From Desulfatiglandales bacterium (GTDB lineage Bacteria; Desulfobacterota; DSM-4660; Desulfatiglandales; B25-G16), in contig JAWOBA010000012.1 in NCBI GenBank assembly GCA_046498285.1, positions 1-48,018 of the forward strand: 48,018 nucleotides of DNA, in the 5' to 3' direction. The notes beneath the pieces were generated by a model. The model saw only the letters and a program-made list of their open reading frames with translations. It ran no database searches and had not been told where the DNA came from. Positions 30,308 to 40,479 of this stretch are shown in pieces; position 1 is the stretch's first letter, and the number at the start of each line of letters is the position of its first letter. The translations under genes were made by a program, and so were the position numbers.

Positions 30308-30751
30308 ATCACCCCTCTATTTTGTTTCAATGTAAACCGGCAAAAGATAATAGTGCTTTCTCCTTCATTACATCCTCAATACATCAAATGATGGACAAAT
30401 TGACCAGGAGAGTAATTGAAAAGAAAAGACTGCAAATATCCTTTCAAGTTCATTACTACATCAGGACTATGTTAGGTTCAAGCAAATTTACTGATAAAAA
30501 AAGAAAAATTTTCTTGACAGAAAATAGCACATCCAGTATGCACAATAATGTAACTATCCTTAATTTTGAACCCTTCATGGATATTATAAAAATTATACGA
30601 AAAAAATTTCCCTCAGATAAGAAAAAAATAAACATTTCAGAAATTCAAATTTTCCATCCCAAACTACTATTTTGTGGCTTTACAAAAAGAACCTTGCACC
30701 ACTTTTGAAAAACCCGAAAATGGCGCATCTAATAAATGCAAGGAAGATACT

Positions 30752-32332
30752 ATGAAAGTTCTTATAAGTGACACCTTATCAGAGGTTGGTGTAAAGACCT
30801 TTCATAAAACCCCTGATATTGAGGTTGATGTAAAGACCGATCTGGCCCCTGCAAAACTAAAAGAAATTATTGGAGACTATCATGCTCTTGTCATACGTAG
30901 TGCAACTAAAGTTACCGCTGAAATTATTGAGGCGGCCAGTAATTTGAAGGTTATCGGCCGAGCTGGGATAGGTCTGGACAACGTGAACATACCTGCTGCA
31001 AGCAAAAAAGGAATTGTTGTTATGAATACACCGGAGGGTAACACTATAACTGCGGCAGAACATACTATGGCAATGATTATGGCCCTTTCGCGTAATATTC
31101 CCCAGGCAAGCGCATCACTTAAAGAAGGAAAATGGGAGAAGAAAAGATTTCAGGGCAAGGAGATTTTCAATAAAACCCTTGGCGTTATTGGGATTGGGCG
31201 TATAGGACGGCTTGTTGCCGAGAAGGCGAAGGCAATGAACATGAAAATCATAGTCTATGACCCTTATATAAAGCCAGACCTTATTGAGAGAATGGATATG
31301 GAACCTGTTTCCTTTGATGAACTTCTTCAAAGATCCGATTATATTACCATTCATACACCTGCTACTGACGAAACTATCAACATGATAAACAAAGACACCA
31401 TTGCCAAAATGAAAAAAGAGGCAATGCTGATCAATTGCGCACGCGGGGGTATAGTCAATGAAGATGATCTCTGCGAGGCCTTAACATCTGGTCATCTATC
31501 AGGTGCAGCCTTAGATGTCTTTAATAAAGAGCCTCCTGGCAAGACAAAACTGATATGCCTGCCTAACCTGATATGCACACCCCACCTTGGTGCATCAACC
31601 AAAGAAGCACAAGACAAAGTGGCTAAAGATGTGGCTGAGCAAATCATAGCATATCTTTTTTACGGCTCAGTAAAAAATGCGGTGAATGTCCCAAGCATCA
31701 GTCCAGAGTTGATATCCACTTTACGGCCATATGCCACGTTAGCTGAAAAGATGGGAGCTCTTCAGAGCCAGATAACTGATAACGCTATTCTGGAAGCTCA
31801 AATAAATTACTCAGGAAAGGTAACCGATTATGATGTAACACCTCTCACTGCTGCGATGCTCAAAGGGCTTCTCACACCTCTTCTTAAAGACCAAGTGAAC
31901 TTTGTAAATGCCCCCGTTATTGCTGCTGAGCGAGGTATAAAGGTGGTTGAATCCAAGACAAAGGCTCCTAAGGATTTCTCCAGCCTTATTAAGCTTACTA
32001 TTAAGACCCAGAAGAGTAAAAATATCATCTCAGGTACTATCTTCGGCAATAATTTACTCAGGATCTTACGCATTAATAACTTTCATCTTGAGGCTATTCC
32101 CGAAGGCCATAACCTGTTAATTAACAACCTGGACAAACCTGGTGTCATCGGTAAAATCACCAGCACCCTTGGGAGATATAAGGTTAACATCAGCCGCATG
32201 CAAGTAGGTGAAGAAAGAGTAAACAAACAAAATGTGATTTTTTTGGCTACAAATATTTCAGTAAACGACGAAATCCTTAAAAAATTGCGCGGCATGGAAG
32301 ATCTTTTATTAGTAAGAAGGATAGAGTTGTAA
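30752..32332 (+). CDS. serA: D-3-phosphoglycerate dehydrogenase
   Basis: RSATKVT, GRAGIGLDN, GIGRIG, TPHLGAST, ASB and ACT domains; start at MKVLISD. Confidence 0.93.
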   Translation: MKVLISDTLSEVGVKTFHKTPDIEVDVKTDLAPAKLKEIIGDYHALVIRSATKVTAEIIEAASNLKVIGRAGIGLDNVNIPAASKKGIVVMNTPEGNTITAAEHTMAMIMALSRNIPQASASLKEGKWEKKRFQGKEIFNKTLGVIGIGRIGRLVAEKAKAMNMKIIVYDPYIKPDLIERMDMEPVSFDELLQRSDYITIHTPATDETINMINKDTIAKMKKEAMLINCARGGIVNEDDLCEALTSGHLSGAALDVFNKEPPGKTKLICLPNLICTPHLGASTKEAQDKVAKDVAEQIIAYLFYGSVKNAVNVPSISPELISTLRPYATLAEKMGALQSQITDNAILEAQINYSGKVTDYDVTPLTAAMLKGLLTPLLKDQVNFVNAPVIAAERGIKVVESKTKAPKDFSSLIKLTIKTQKSKNIISGTIFGNNLLRILRINNFHLEAIPEGHNLLINNLDKPGVIGKITSTLGRYKVNISRMQVGEERVNKQNVIFLATNISVNDEILKKLRGMEDLLLVRRIEL

Positions 32333-32434
32333 CTCCTTTAAAAAAATCGATGGATTATAAAACTGGGTGAGGCTGCCCGCAACAGAAATTGGTGCAGGCT
32401 GACAGACAATAACAATCAAAAAAAGGGGGGTACT

Positions 32435-33799
32435 ATGAAAAGATCAATGTTTTTCCTTGACCAAAAGGATATGCCAACTCATTGGTATAATATCCAGGCA
32501 GATTTACCAGAACCACTTCCACCCGTTTTGCATCCAGGAACAGGAAAGCCGGTAACACCGGATGACCTAGCTCCTCTATTTCCCATGGAGCTTATCAAAC
32601 AAGAAGTAAGTACTGAGCGCTGGATTGAAATACCTGAGGAGCTACAGGATATTTATCGGACGTGGAGGCCAACAGTGTTGCACCGGGCATATCGCCTTGA
32701 GAAGGCTTTAGACACCCCGGCCAAGATCTTCTTTAAATACGAAGGAACAAACCAGGCTGGTAGCCATAAACCTAATACTGCTGTGGCTCAGTGCTATTAT
32801 AATATGAAGGAGGGCATAAAACGTATCACTACAGAAACCGGTGCGGGCCAGTGGGGGAGTGCGCTGAGTATGGCTGGGGCATTCTTTGATGTGGAAATCA
32901 AGGTCTATATGGTCAGAATAAGTTATGACCAAAAGCCATACCGCCGCATAGCAATGGAAGTCTGGGGTGGAACGTGTATCCCCAGCCCCAGCACCGAAAC
33001 TAAGGCGGGACGAGACATGCTGGAAAAATGGCCCGATTGCCCTGGCAGCCTAGGACTTGCTATCAGTGAGGCAGTCGAGGAGGCTGTAAGTCGTGATGAT
33101 ACTCATTATTCTTTGGGCAGCGTGCTCAATCATGTCCTGCTTCACCAGACCGTACAAGGGGAAGAGTGCAGGAAACAAATGGAAATGGCAGATGCCTACC
33201 CTGATATTATTGTAGGTAACATTGGGGGCGGCTCCAACTATGGTGGCCAGTTCCTGCCATGGATCAGGGATAAAATCAGCGGAGAAAAGCCTGATATGCG
33301 GATTATCTGTGTTGAACCTGAAAGTTGTCCCACTGTCACCAAAGGATTATATGCCTATGATTTTGGTGATGTAGTTGGTCTGACTCCCCTGCTCAAGATG
33401 CATACTTTGGGCCATGGTTTTATTCCACCTCCGGTACATGCAGGAGGCCTTCGCTATCATGGAATGGCTCCAATCATATGTCACCTCTATGAGCTGGGTT
33501 TGGTTGAAGCCGTAGCTGTTCACCAGACTGCCACCTTCGCAGCCGGCGTACAGTTTGCTCGCACGGAAGGCATTATCAGTGGACCTGAGCCATGCCATAA
33601 TATCAAGGTTGCTATCGATGAGGCACTTAAGTGTAAAGAATCAGGAGAATCAAAAACAATATTAATAGCCCACAGTGGTCACGGACACTTCGACCTTGCT
33701 GCCTATGATTCCTACCTGTCAGGTAAACTTACAGATTACGCATATCCTGAGGAGGAGGTTAAGAAAGCACAGGCTGAACTTCCCAAGGTTGCCTCTTAG
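32435..33799 (+). CDS. trpB2: Tryptophan synthase beta-like TrpB2
   Basis: WYNIQAD, GSHKPNT (PLP Lys), [22 protein letters not shown]. Confidence 0.92.
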   Translation: MKRSMFFLDQKDMPTHWYNIQADLPEPLPPVLHPGTGKPVTPDDLAPLFPMELIKQEVSTERWIEIPEELQDIYRTWRPTVLHRAYRLEKALDTPAKIFFKYEGTNQAGSHKPNTAVAQCYYNMKEGIKRITTETGAGQWGSALSMAGAFFDVEIKVYMVRISYDQKPYRRIAMEVWGGTCIPSPSTETKAGRDMLEKWPDCPGSLGLAISEAVEEAVSRDDTHYSLGSVLNHVLLHQTVQGEECRKQMEMADAYPDIIVGNIGGGSNYGGQFLPWIRDKISGEKPDMRIICVEPESCPTVTKGLYAYDFGDVVGLTPLLKMHTLGHGFIPPPVHAGGLRYHGMAPIICHLYELGLVEAVAVHQTATFAAGVQFARTEGIISGPEPCHNIKVAIDEALKCKESGESKTILIAHSGHGHFDLAAYDSYLSGKLTDYAYPEEEVKKAQAELPKVAS

Positions 33800-33873
33800 C
33801 AAAATAGAAGCAACAGAATGTCTCACATTACTAATGTAAAGTAATCAACGCGAGACAGGCTGGTTCTTTAACT

Positions 33874-33921
33874 GTATACTCACAGGTCCTATACATTCAG
33901 ACCTGTGAGTATACTTCTTTA
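33874..33921 (+). terminator. Intrinsic terminator-like hairpin after trpB2
   Basis: Perfect 15-bp stem GTATACTCACAGGTC/GACCTGTGAGTATAC followed by TTCTTTT. Confidence 0.65.
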
Positions 33922-33939
33922 CCATGGGAGGTAAACAAG

Positions 33940-34206
33940 TTGATCGAACAATATGATCATAAAACGCTTCGATGCCCGAGGGTGGGCGGGGAGGTCAATT
34001 TTAGGTACTGCCGTCTCGAAAATAACATGCTTCCGTGCAGATGGATAGTTGGATGTTGGAAGAACTATATAGATATTAATACCTTTCTGGAAAATCATTA
34101 CTCCAAGGAAGAATTGGACCGAGTGTTTGAGCCACCGAAGCCAAAGCTTCAGAGCTTAGTGGGTCTGATAGAAAAGGCGAAAGAGGATAAGATAAAAAAT
34201 GATTAA
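33940..34206 (+). CDS. Small Cys-rich hypothetical protein
   Basis: GGAGGT RBS, TTG start, 4 Cys (CPRVGG..YCR..PC..CW), overlaps the iorA start. Confidence 0.7.
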   Translation: MIEQYDHKTLRCPRVGGEVNFRYCRLENNMLPCRWIVGCWKNYIDINTFLENHYSKEELDRVFEPPKPKLQSLVGLIEKAKEDKIKND

Positions 34207-36058
34207 ACATGAAATCTTTCTCGGAAATGGAGCCATAGCCTTAGGCCTTTTAGAGTCTGGCTGTCAGGTGCTTACCTCCTATCCCGGTACTCCCAGCTCG
34301 GAGATCCTGCCGGAAGTTGTCCGCCTTATGAAATCAGAAAAACTTGACACTTATGTGGAATGGTCAACCAACGAAAAGGTAGCACTGGATACGGCCTTTG
34401 CTGCCTCTATCACAGGAAAGAGGGCTGCCTGCTGCATGAAACAGGTGGGGTTGAATGTGGCAGCTGATTCCTTGATGAGTGCAGCATATCTCGGTACTGT
34501 GGGGGGGCTCGTTATTATTTCCTGTGATGACCCTGGACCCCATTCCTCTCAGACTGAGCAAGATACCCGCCTTATGGCCAGGCTCGCTAAGGTGCCTGTT
34601 TTAGACCCCTCCAATCCCCAGGAGGCCAGAGAGATGGTTGGCCTTGCCATGGATATCTCAGAGGAATTCAGGATTCCGGTGATCCTGCGTCCGGCCATTC
34701 GAGTATCCCACGCACAACAAAATATCTCATTTGGTCCCATCAAAAATAATGATCAAAAGGCCTCTTTTGAGAAAAATCCCCAAAGGTGGGCAGCCACTCC
34801 ACGTTTCCGCCTTACTCTCCATGGAGAGCTCAACGCAAAATTGAAGAAAATTGGAAAGAAATTTGAGAATCTCTCCCGGTACAACTTCCATAATCTTAAA
34901 CCCGGGAAGCAATATCCTCTCGGTATCATTGCAGGAGGCATACCCTACTCTGTTATTCACGATTTTCTGTCTGAAGAGAAGCGGACTGATATCCCTGTCC
35001 TAAAGCTTGGTGCCCCTTATCCCTTTCCCGAAAGATTGGTCATAGATTTTATGTCAGCCTGTAAAAAAGTGCTTGTCATAGAGGAAACAGATACCCTCAT
35101 CGAGTACCTTTTAAGAGATAGAGATAAAGTTATGGGCCGGCTATCTGGTCATATCCCAGCTGAAGGAGAGCTCGTTCCCGAGGTAATCCACAAATTGATA
35201 AACAAAATACTTAAAGAACTGAATTTAGAGCCTTTTCAGGCAGATGATGATTATGAAGCAATGCAATTAGTAAAAGACCTTCAGCTACCGGTGCGAAGGC
35301 CAACCCTCTGCCCCGGTTGCCCCGAGAGAGCAGCTTTTTTTGCTATAAGAAAAACTAGCCCAAAGGCGATATTTACCTCGGACATTGGCTGTTATACCTT
35401 AGGACTTAACCTAGGTGCAGTGGATACTGTTCTGGATATGGGGGCTGCAATAACAATGGCATCGGGCTTCTATCATTCTTTTGATCAAGATTCAGTAGAG
35501 CAGCCTATTGTAGCTACCATTGGAGATTCAACCTTTTTCCATTCTGGCGCAGCAGGATTATTGAATGCTGTTTATAACGACGCAAGGTTCATCCTGGTGA
35601 TACTTGATAATCTAACAACAGCCATGACTGGAATGCAGCCAACTCCTGCCTTGGGGATAAGGGCAAATGGGAGCAAGGGAAAGGCTATTCCTCTGGAACG
35701 AATAGTAGCCGGTTGCGGTGTTGATTTCATTGAGGTAGTTGACCCATATGATATTAAAAAAACGATGAGTTTGCTCAAGAAGGCGGTTAAATACGTAAAG
35801 GATCCGAAAGGGGGAATAGCAGTAATTATCGCTCGTCATCCCTGTGTTATTGCCTATCCAGATAAGGCTATCCCTCAAAAGAAAAAGGTAACCATAACGG
35901 ATGACTGTGTAGAATGCAATTTTTGCCTTGAGCGCTTTGAATGCCCAGCCCTCTACCATGACAAGAACCTGGGGAGGGTAAATATTAACAGGGAACTATG
36001 CGTCGATTGTGGTGTATGTATTCAGGTGTGCCCTAAAGGTGCTATTATTGAGGTTTAA
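34199..36058 (+). CDS. iorA: Indolepyruvate:ferredoxin oxidoreductase alpha subunit
   Basis: YPGTPSSE, MKQVGLNVAAD, DIGCY, GDSTFFHSG, C-terminal ferredoxin domain. Confidence 0.93.
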   Translation: MIKHEIFLGNGAIALGLLESGCQVLTSYPGTPSSEILPEVVRLMKSEKLDTYVEWSTNEKVALDTAFAASITGKRAACCMKQVGLNVAADSLMSAAYLGTVGGLVIISCDDPGPHSSQTEQDTRLMARLAKVPVLDPSNPQEAREMVGLAMDISEEFRIPVILRPAIRVSHAQQNISFGPIKNNDQKASFEKNPQRWAATPRFRLTLHGELNAKLKKIGKKFENLSRYNFHNLKPGKQYPLGIIAGGIPYSVIHDFLSEEKRTDIPVLKLGAPYPFPERLVIDFMSACKKVLVIEETDTLIEYLLRDRDKVMGRLSGHIPAEGELVPEVIHKLINKILKELNLEPFQADDDYEAMQLVKDLQLPVRRPTLCPGCPERAAFFAIRKTSPKAIFTSDIGCYTLGLNLGAVDTVLDMGAAITMASGFYHSFDQDSVEQPIVATIGDSTFFHSGAAGLLNAVYNDARFILVILDNLTTAMTGMQPTPALGIRANGSKGKAIPLERIVAGCGVDFIEVVDPYDIKKTMSLLKKAVKYVKDPKGGIAVIIARHPCVIAYPDKAIPQKKKVTITDDCVECNFCLERFECPALYHDKNLGRVNINRELCVDCGVCIQVCPKGAIIEV

Positions 36059-36150
36059 TGGATGCAGTGCGATGTAGTGCCTCTGAACAAACTGCTTTCC
36101 TGATATCAGGGATCCGATTATGGAAAATACCTATCTTATAATGAGAAATA

Positions 36151-36726
36151 ATGAATTCTAAAATGGATACCGTTAACATTATATTATGTGGAACAGGTGG
36201 ACAAGGGATTTTGTTTATGGCCAGAGTCCTGGCACAAGCTGCTCTGAATAAGGGATTCAATGTTATGGGAGCCGAGACCCATGGTATGGCCCAGCGGGGT
36301 GGATCAGTAATTTCACACCTCAGAGTTGGAGACGTGAAAAGTTCTTTAGTGAGAACCGGTACAGCACATTTTTTGCTGTCTTTGGAAGAAAATGAGGCAT
36401 ACCGAAACCTTCCATTTTTATCCCGAGGAGCAAGGATGTATGTCAACACAAATTCAAAGCAATTTCCGAGAGAAGAGGCAAAAAACCTTTTGGACAAAAG
36501 AAAAATTATCTACCGCTCAATTCCTGCTGGAGTCCTAGCTCAGGAGCTAGGCACTCCAAGGGCTTCCAACTTGATCCTGTTAGGTTATTTTTCAGCCTTT
36601 TATGAGGGACCAATTCAATATAAAGATATAAAAATGACTATTGATGCTATCAGCCCAAAAAGATTCAAAGATATAAACAGTAAAGCCTTTATAGCCGGCT
36701 ATGAAAAGGGAATCGTTTTTGATTGA
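36151..36726 (+). CDS. iorB: Indolepyruvate:ferredoxin oxidoreductase beta subunit
   Basis: GTGGQG, ETHGMAQRGGSV. Confidence 0.92.
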   Translation: MNSKMDTVNIILCGTGGQGILFMARVLAQAALNKGFNVMGAETHGMAQRGGSVISHLRVGDVKSSLVRTGTAHFLLSLEENEAYRNLPFLSRGARMYVNTNSKQFPREEAKNLLDKRKIIYRSIPAGVLAQELGTPRASNLILLGYFSAFYEGPIQYKDIKMTIDAISPKRFKDINSKAFIAGYEKGIVFD

Positions 36727-36873
36727 CAAATGACTGTTAATTATGTTTTTACTGTCCATTATAAGGATATTTTTATTTTCTATCTTTCAGGAAAGGAGGT
36801 GATTGTAAAGGAAGCTTGTAAAAATCAGTGATGTTTTAAATCGATTTATATTAATTTCTAAAGGAGGGAAATA

Positions 36874-37893
36874 ATGAAAAAGAAAGGTCTTCTAAGTGTA
36901 ATATTTATTGTATGCTTTTTATTCTCCCTAGCTATGGTTCCATCTACTAAGGCAGAAACCATCAATCTTACTTATAGCAACTTCTTCCCACCTACCCATG
37001 GCCATGCAATTGCTGGTCAAAATATGATAAAAGAAATTGAGAAAAGGACTAATGGCCGGGTTAAAATCTCTTACTTTCCTGGAGGGACGTTAACCAAACC
37101 AGCGGTTTGCTATGATGGGGTTGTTAAAGGCATCTCAGACATTGGTCAGTCATGTTTTGCATATACCAGAGGTAAATTCCCCTTCATGGAGGGAGTTGAC
37201 CTTCCATTCGGCTACAAAGACGGCAAGGTTGCTACCAGAGTTGCATATGAATTTTACAAAAAAATGAATCCTGAAGAACTCCAGGATGTAAAGGTGCTTG
37301 TTGTTCATGCACATGGTCCTGGAATACTCGCTTCCAAAAAGGATGTAAACTCTTTAAGTGATTTAAAGGGAATGAAAATTAGAACCACTGGCCTAGCCGC
37401 AAAGCTTGCCAAATACCTGGGAGCCGCAGCCGTTGCTATGCCTCAAAATGAGGCCTATGAGGCATTACAGAAAGGGGTAGTTGAGGGAACATTCTGTCCT
37501 ATTGAAACTCTCAAGGGATGGAAACAGGGTGAGGTCATTGATTATGTAATCGAGTCCCAGGCCCTTGGCTACACAACAGCAATGTTTGTGGTTATGAATA
37601 AGCAAAAATATGAATCCCTTCCACCGGATATTCAAAAGGTTTTTGATGAAGTGGGAGAGGAATGGGTTGATGTGCATGGAGATGTATGGAACACTGCTGA
37701 TGAAGAAGGCTATAAATTTGTGACTGACCTCGGCAAGGAGATCCATGGCCTCTCGGCTTCTGAGGAGGAAAAATGGATACAGTCTATTACTCCAATCATC
37801 CTTGAATATCAAACAAATATGGAGGAAAAGGGACTTCCTGGAAAAAAGGCTGTGGAGGTTATTCGAGAACTGGTTGCAGAATATAATAAATAG
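36874..37893 (+). CDS. TRAP transporter substrate-binding protein DctP
   Basis: Signal peptide, DLKGMKIR, YEALQKGVVEG, LPPDIQK. Confidence 0.92.
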   Translation: MKKKGLLSVIFIVCFLFSLAMVPSTKAETINLTYSNFFPPTHGHAIAGQNMIKEIEKRTNGRVKISYFPGGTLTKPAVCYDGVVKGISDIGQSCFAYTRGKFPFMEGVDLPFGYKDGKVATRVAYEFYKKMNPEELQDVKVLVVHAHGPGILASKKDVNSLSDLKGMKIRTTGLAAKLAKYLGAAAVAMPQNEAYEALQKGVVEGTFCPIETLKGWKQGEVIDYVIESQALGYTTAMFVVMNKQKYESLPPDIQKVFDEVGEEWVDVHGDVWNTADEEGYKFVTDLGKEIHGLSASEEEKWIQSITPIILEYQTNMEEKGLPGKKAVEVIRELVAEYNK

Positions 37894-37933
37894 GTAAGAG
37901 TTAAAAAAAGAGTAACAGTGTAATCATCATAAT

Positions 37934-37968
37934 AAAGGGGTGCTGGAATTTCTGGTATCCCTTTTTTT
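37934..37968 (+). terminator. Terminator between convergent dctP and dctM
   Basis: AAAGGGGTGCTGG/CTGGTATCCCTTT stem with G.U pairs, then T7. Confidence 0.6.
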
Positions 37969-37980
37969 ACTTTATTACTA

Positions 37981-39279
37981 TCAGAGTAGACCAGGTAAAA
38001 AGAGGACAATTTGGGGAAAAGTTAAGAGGATTACAACGCATACCAAAAGAGCAAGAACGAAAGGGGCAACTCCCTTAAAGATAGTCTCAAGAGGAACATC
38101 CTTGGCAATACCGTGAACCACGTATACATTTACACCCACAGGCGGGGTAATTACACCCATTTCTGTTACAAGAACAATGGCCACCCCAAACCATATAGGG
38201 TCAAACCCAAGAGTGGTAGCCACAGGATAAAAAATAGGAATAGTGAGCATAATCATAGCAAGTGCATCCATGAAACATCCGCCAAAGAGATACACCAAAA
38301 CTATTATTCCCATAACAGCATAATTTGGAAGAGGGAGCGTACTCACCCAATTTGCTAAAAGAAAGGGAATTCTGGTAATAGCCATAAAATGGCCAAAGAC
38401 AACTGCGCCAGTCACTATAACCATGACCATACAACTGATCCTTGTTGTATCCTTGAGGGATGTCAAAAATCCCTCCCATGTCAATTGCCTCCTTAAAAGG
38501 GCAACAAGCAATGTAAGAAATGCGCCCACAGCCGCTGCCTCAGTCGGGGTAAATATCCCGAAAAAAAGACCTCCCATTACAAAGGCAAAAATAATAAGTG
38601 CCTCTAATACCCCCACAAACGACCGTGCCTTCTCTTTAAAACCTGTCTTTGGTCCTGGAGGCGCAAGTTCAGGATTAATTTTAACCCGAATATAGATGGT
38701 AAAAATAAAAAGAAATGCCAGCAGTATGCCCGGTAAAATACCAGCGGCAAAGAGCTTCCCAATGGATTGTTCCGTCATTATTCCATAAACGATGAATATA
38801 ACACTTGGAGGTATCAGTATACCCAGGCTTCCCCCTGCGGCAACCGTACCAGTAGCCAGACTCATATCGTATTTATACCGTCTCATCTCAGGCAAGGTAA
38901 CCGTTGCCATAGTAGCAGCGGTTGCATTGGTTGATCCTGATATAGCGGAAAACCCTGCACATGCACCAATAGTTGCTATCGCAAGACCGCCTCTGTAGTT
39001 TCCCATAAATACATAGACGGAATCATATAGCCTTCTGCTTATCCCAGAATGAAAGGCAATCTGGCCCATAAATACAAAAAGAGGGATTACCGTTAAACTA
39101 TAGGAGGAAAAGGTATCAAAAACATCCCTGGATAATAAAGAAAGGCCGGCATGGAGGTTAACTACATAGCTAAAACCAAGGAAACCAAGAAAGGCCATTA
39201 CAAATCCAACAGGCATCTTGGAGAAAAGAAAAATTACCAGGATAACTAAACCAATTATACCGATTGTTGTCAGGCTCAT
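37981..39279 (-). CDS. TRAP transporter large permease DctM
   Basis: IPLF, GILIPPS, TPTEAA, ITPPVGVN. Confidence 0.93.
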   Translation of the reverse strand: MSLTTIGIIGLVILVIFLFSKMPVGFVMAFLGFLGFSYVVNLHAGLSLLSRDVFDTFSSYSLTVIPLFVFMGQIAFHSGISRRLYDSVYVFMGNYRGGLAIATIGACAGFSAISGSTNATAATMATVTLPEMRRYKYDMSLATGTVAAGGSLGILIPPSVIFIVYGIMTEQSIGKLFAAGILPGILLAFLFIFTIYIRVKINPELAPPGPKTGFKEKARSFVGVLEALIIFAFVMGGLFFGIFTPTEAAAVGAFLTLLVALLRRQLTWEGFLTSLKDTTRISCMVMVIVTGAVVFGHFMAITRIPFLLANWVSTLPLPNYAVMGIIVLVYLFGGCFMDALAMIMLTIPIFYPVATTLGFDPIWFGVAIVLVTEMGVITPPVGVNVYVVHGIAKDVPLETIFKGVAPFVLALLVCVVILLTFPQIVLFLPGLL

Positions 39280-39761
39280 TTGTATTTCACTTTGGCTATA
39301 GCATTTACTAAATCCACTATAAGGATTATACAGACAACCGCTGCACTTAAGGCAATGCCATATATTACGGGATAAAATGGTAGCTGCAGGGTAACAGAAA
39401 CCTCTCCTGACCTTTGGGTGTCTAGAGCATATAAAACACTCTGCCGGGCAATAAGGCCAAATAGCATGATCCCAAACACTGATATAAAAATCTCAATTAC
39501 ACCCTGCAACCTTCTGGGTAAAAGCTGTACAACAAGGGTGACTGCAACATGACCTTTCTTTGCTGATGTATGGGCCATGGCAAAGGATACAGCAACCGCA
39601 CCTAAAAAAGAGACAAGCTCATAGGTTCCAGGGATGGGCATACGAAACATACGCAATATAACATCTGCAACGGTAAGGGCCATCATGATAAAAATAGCCA
39701 ACGCCGCTATCATATCTAATCTTTGTGCCAACAAAAGAGAATGTTTCTGAAAAGAAAACAT
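39276..39761 (-). CDS. TRAP transporter small permease DctQ
   Basis: 4 TM segments, DVILR, GHVAV; overlaps the dctM start. Confidence 0.9.
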   Translation of the reverse strand: MFSFQKHSLLLAQRLDMIAALAIFIMMALTVADVILRMFRMPIPGTYELVSFLGAVAVSFAMAHTSAKKGHVAVTLVVQLLPRRLQGVIEIFISVFGIMLFGLIARQSVLYALDTQRSGEVSVTLQLPFYPVIYGIALSAAVVCIILIVDLVNAIAKVKYK

Positions 39762-39879
39762 ATTTCAACCAATTTGTAGAATAAGGAAAAAAGGAAATCT
39801 TTTAGTAGCTACAATGTAACTATGCTATACTACTTATTTACAAAAAGTCAATGTAAAAAGCCATCTTCTATTTTTATAA

Positions 39880-39908
39880 TTGACTCATAAACATTCTTAT
39901 CCTATACT
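39880..39908 (+). promoter_or_regulatory. Putative sigma70 promoter for dodecin (divergent TTGACT box on minus strand at 39846-39851 for dctQM)
   Basis: TTGACT, 17-nt spacer, TATACT. Confidence 0.6.
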
Positions 39909-40175
39909 TTAAGAAAAATCTGAGAATCTTGAATTTAGGTACGTAGCCTCAACACTCAATTATTCCATGCGGCATCCAGAAATTCAGGGCCTTTAAAGAT
40001 GATGTGATTTTTCCGCTTACAGCAGGATAGAAATTCCGAGATATCCAGATGAGGCAGTTAATACTGCTTAATATTTGGCAAAATCCTATAAATCACTATT
40101 TGTAATAAATCTGAAGGGAGGTGAAGCTACAAGAAAGGAAAATTATTTCTAACCTTAATACAATAGGAGGTAGCT

Positions 40176-40385
40176 ATGGAAACGAGTACTTATAAGATCA
40201 TTGAGCTTGTTGGAACCAGCCCCAATTCATGGGAAGAGGCTGCAAAAAATGCCGTCGACACAGCCTCAAAAAGTCTTAAGGACTTACGAATCGCAGAAAT
40301 TACCAAATTGGATCTCACCATTGAGGATGGTAAGGTCACAGGCTTCAGAACAAGGATTAACGTCTCATTTAAATATCATGATTAA
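40176..40385 (+). CDS. Dodecin family protein
   Basis: YKIIELVGTS..SWEEAA..AV, ISF-like C-terminus (VSF); AGGAGGT RBS. Confidence 0.92.
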   Translation: METSTYKIIELVGTSPNSWEEAAKNAVDTASKSLKDLRIAEITKLDLTIEDGKVTGFRTRINVSFKYHD

Positions 40386-40387
40386 CC

Positions 40388-40462
40388 TTTTACCTTACAA
40401 GATGGCCTACTAATTTTACCTTACAAGATGGCCTACTAAAATGATTCGCAGGCCATCTTGTA
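40388..40462. repeat. 26-bp exact tandem duplication plus inverted arm (terminator-like)
   Basis: TTTTACCTTACAAGATGGCCTACTAA at 40388-40413 and 40414-40439; AGGCCATCTTGTA at 40450-40462. Confidence 0.9.
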
Positions 40463-40479
40463 CCATATTTATATAGGTT

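Noticed and set aside
30322-30708. 128-aa ORF before serA
   Set aside because: TTG start without RBS, AT-rich divergent promoter region, no motifs
40388-40439. CRISPR array
   Set aside because: Two abutting repeats with no spacer and no cas genes
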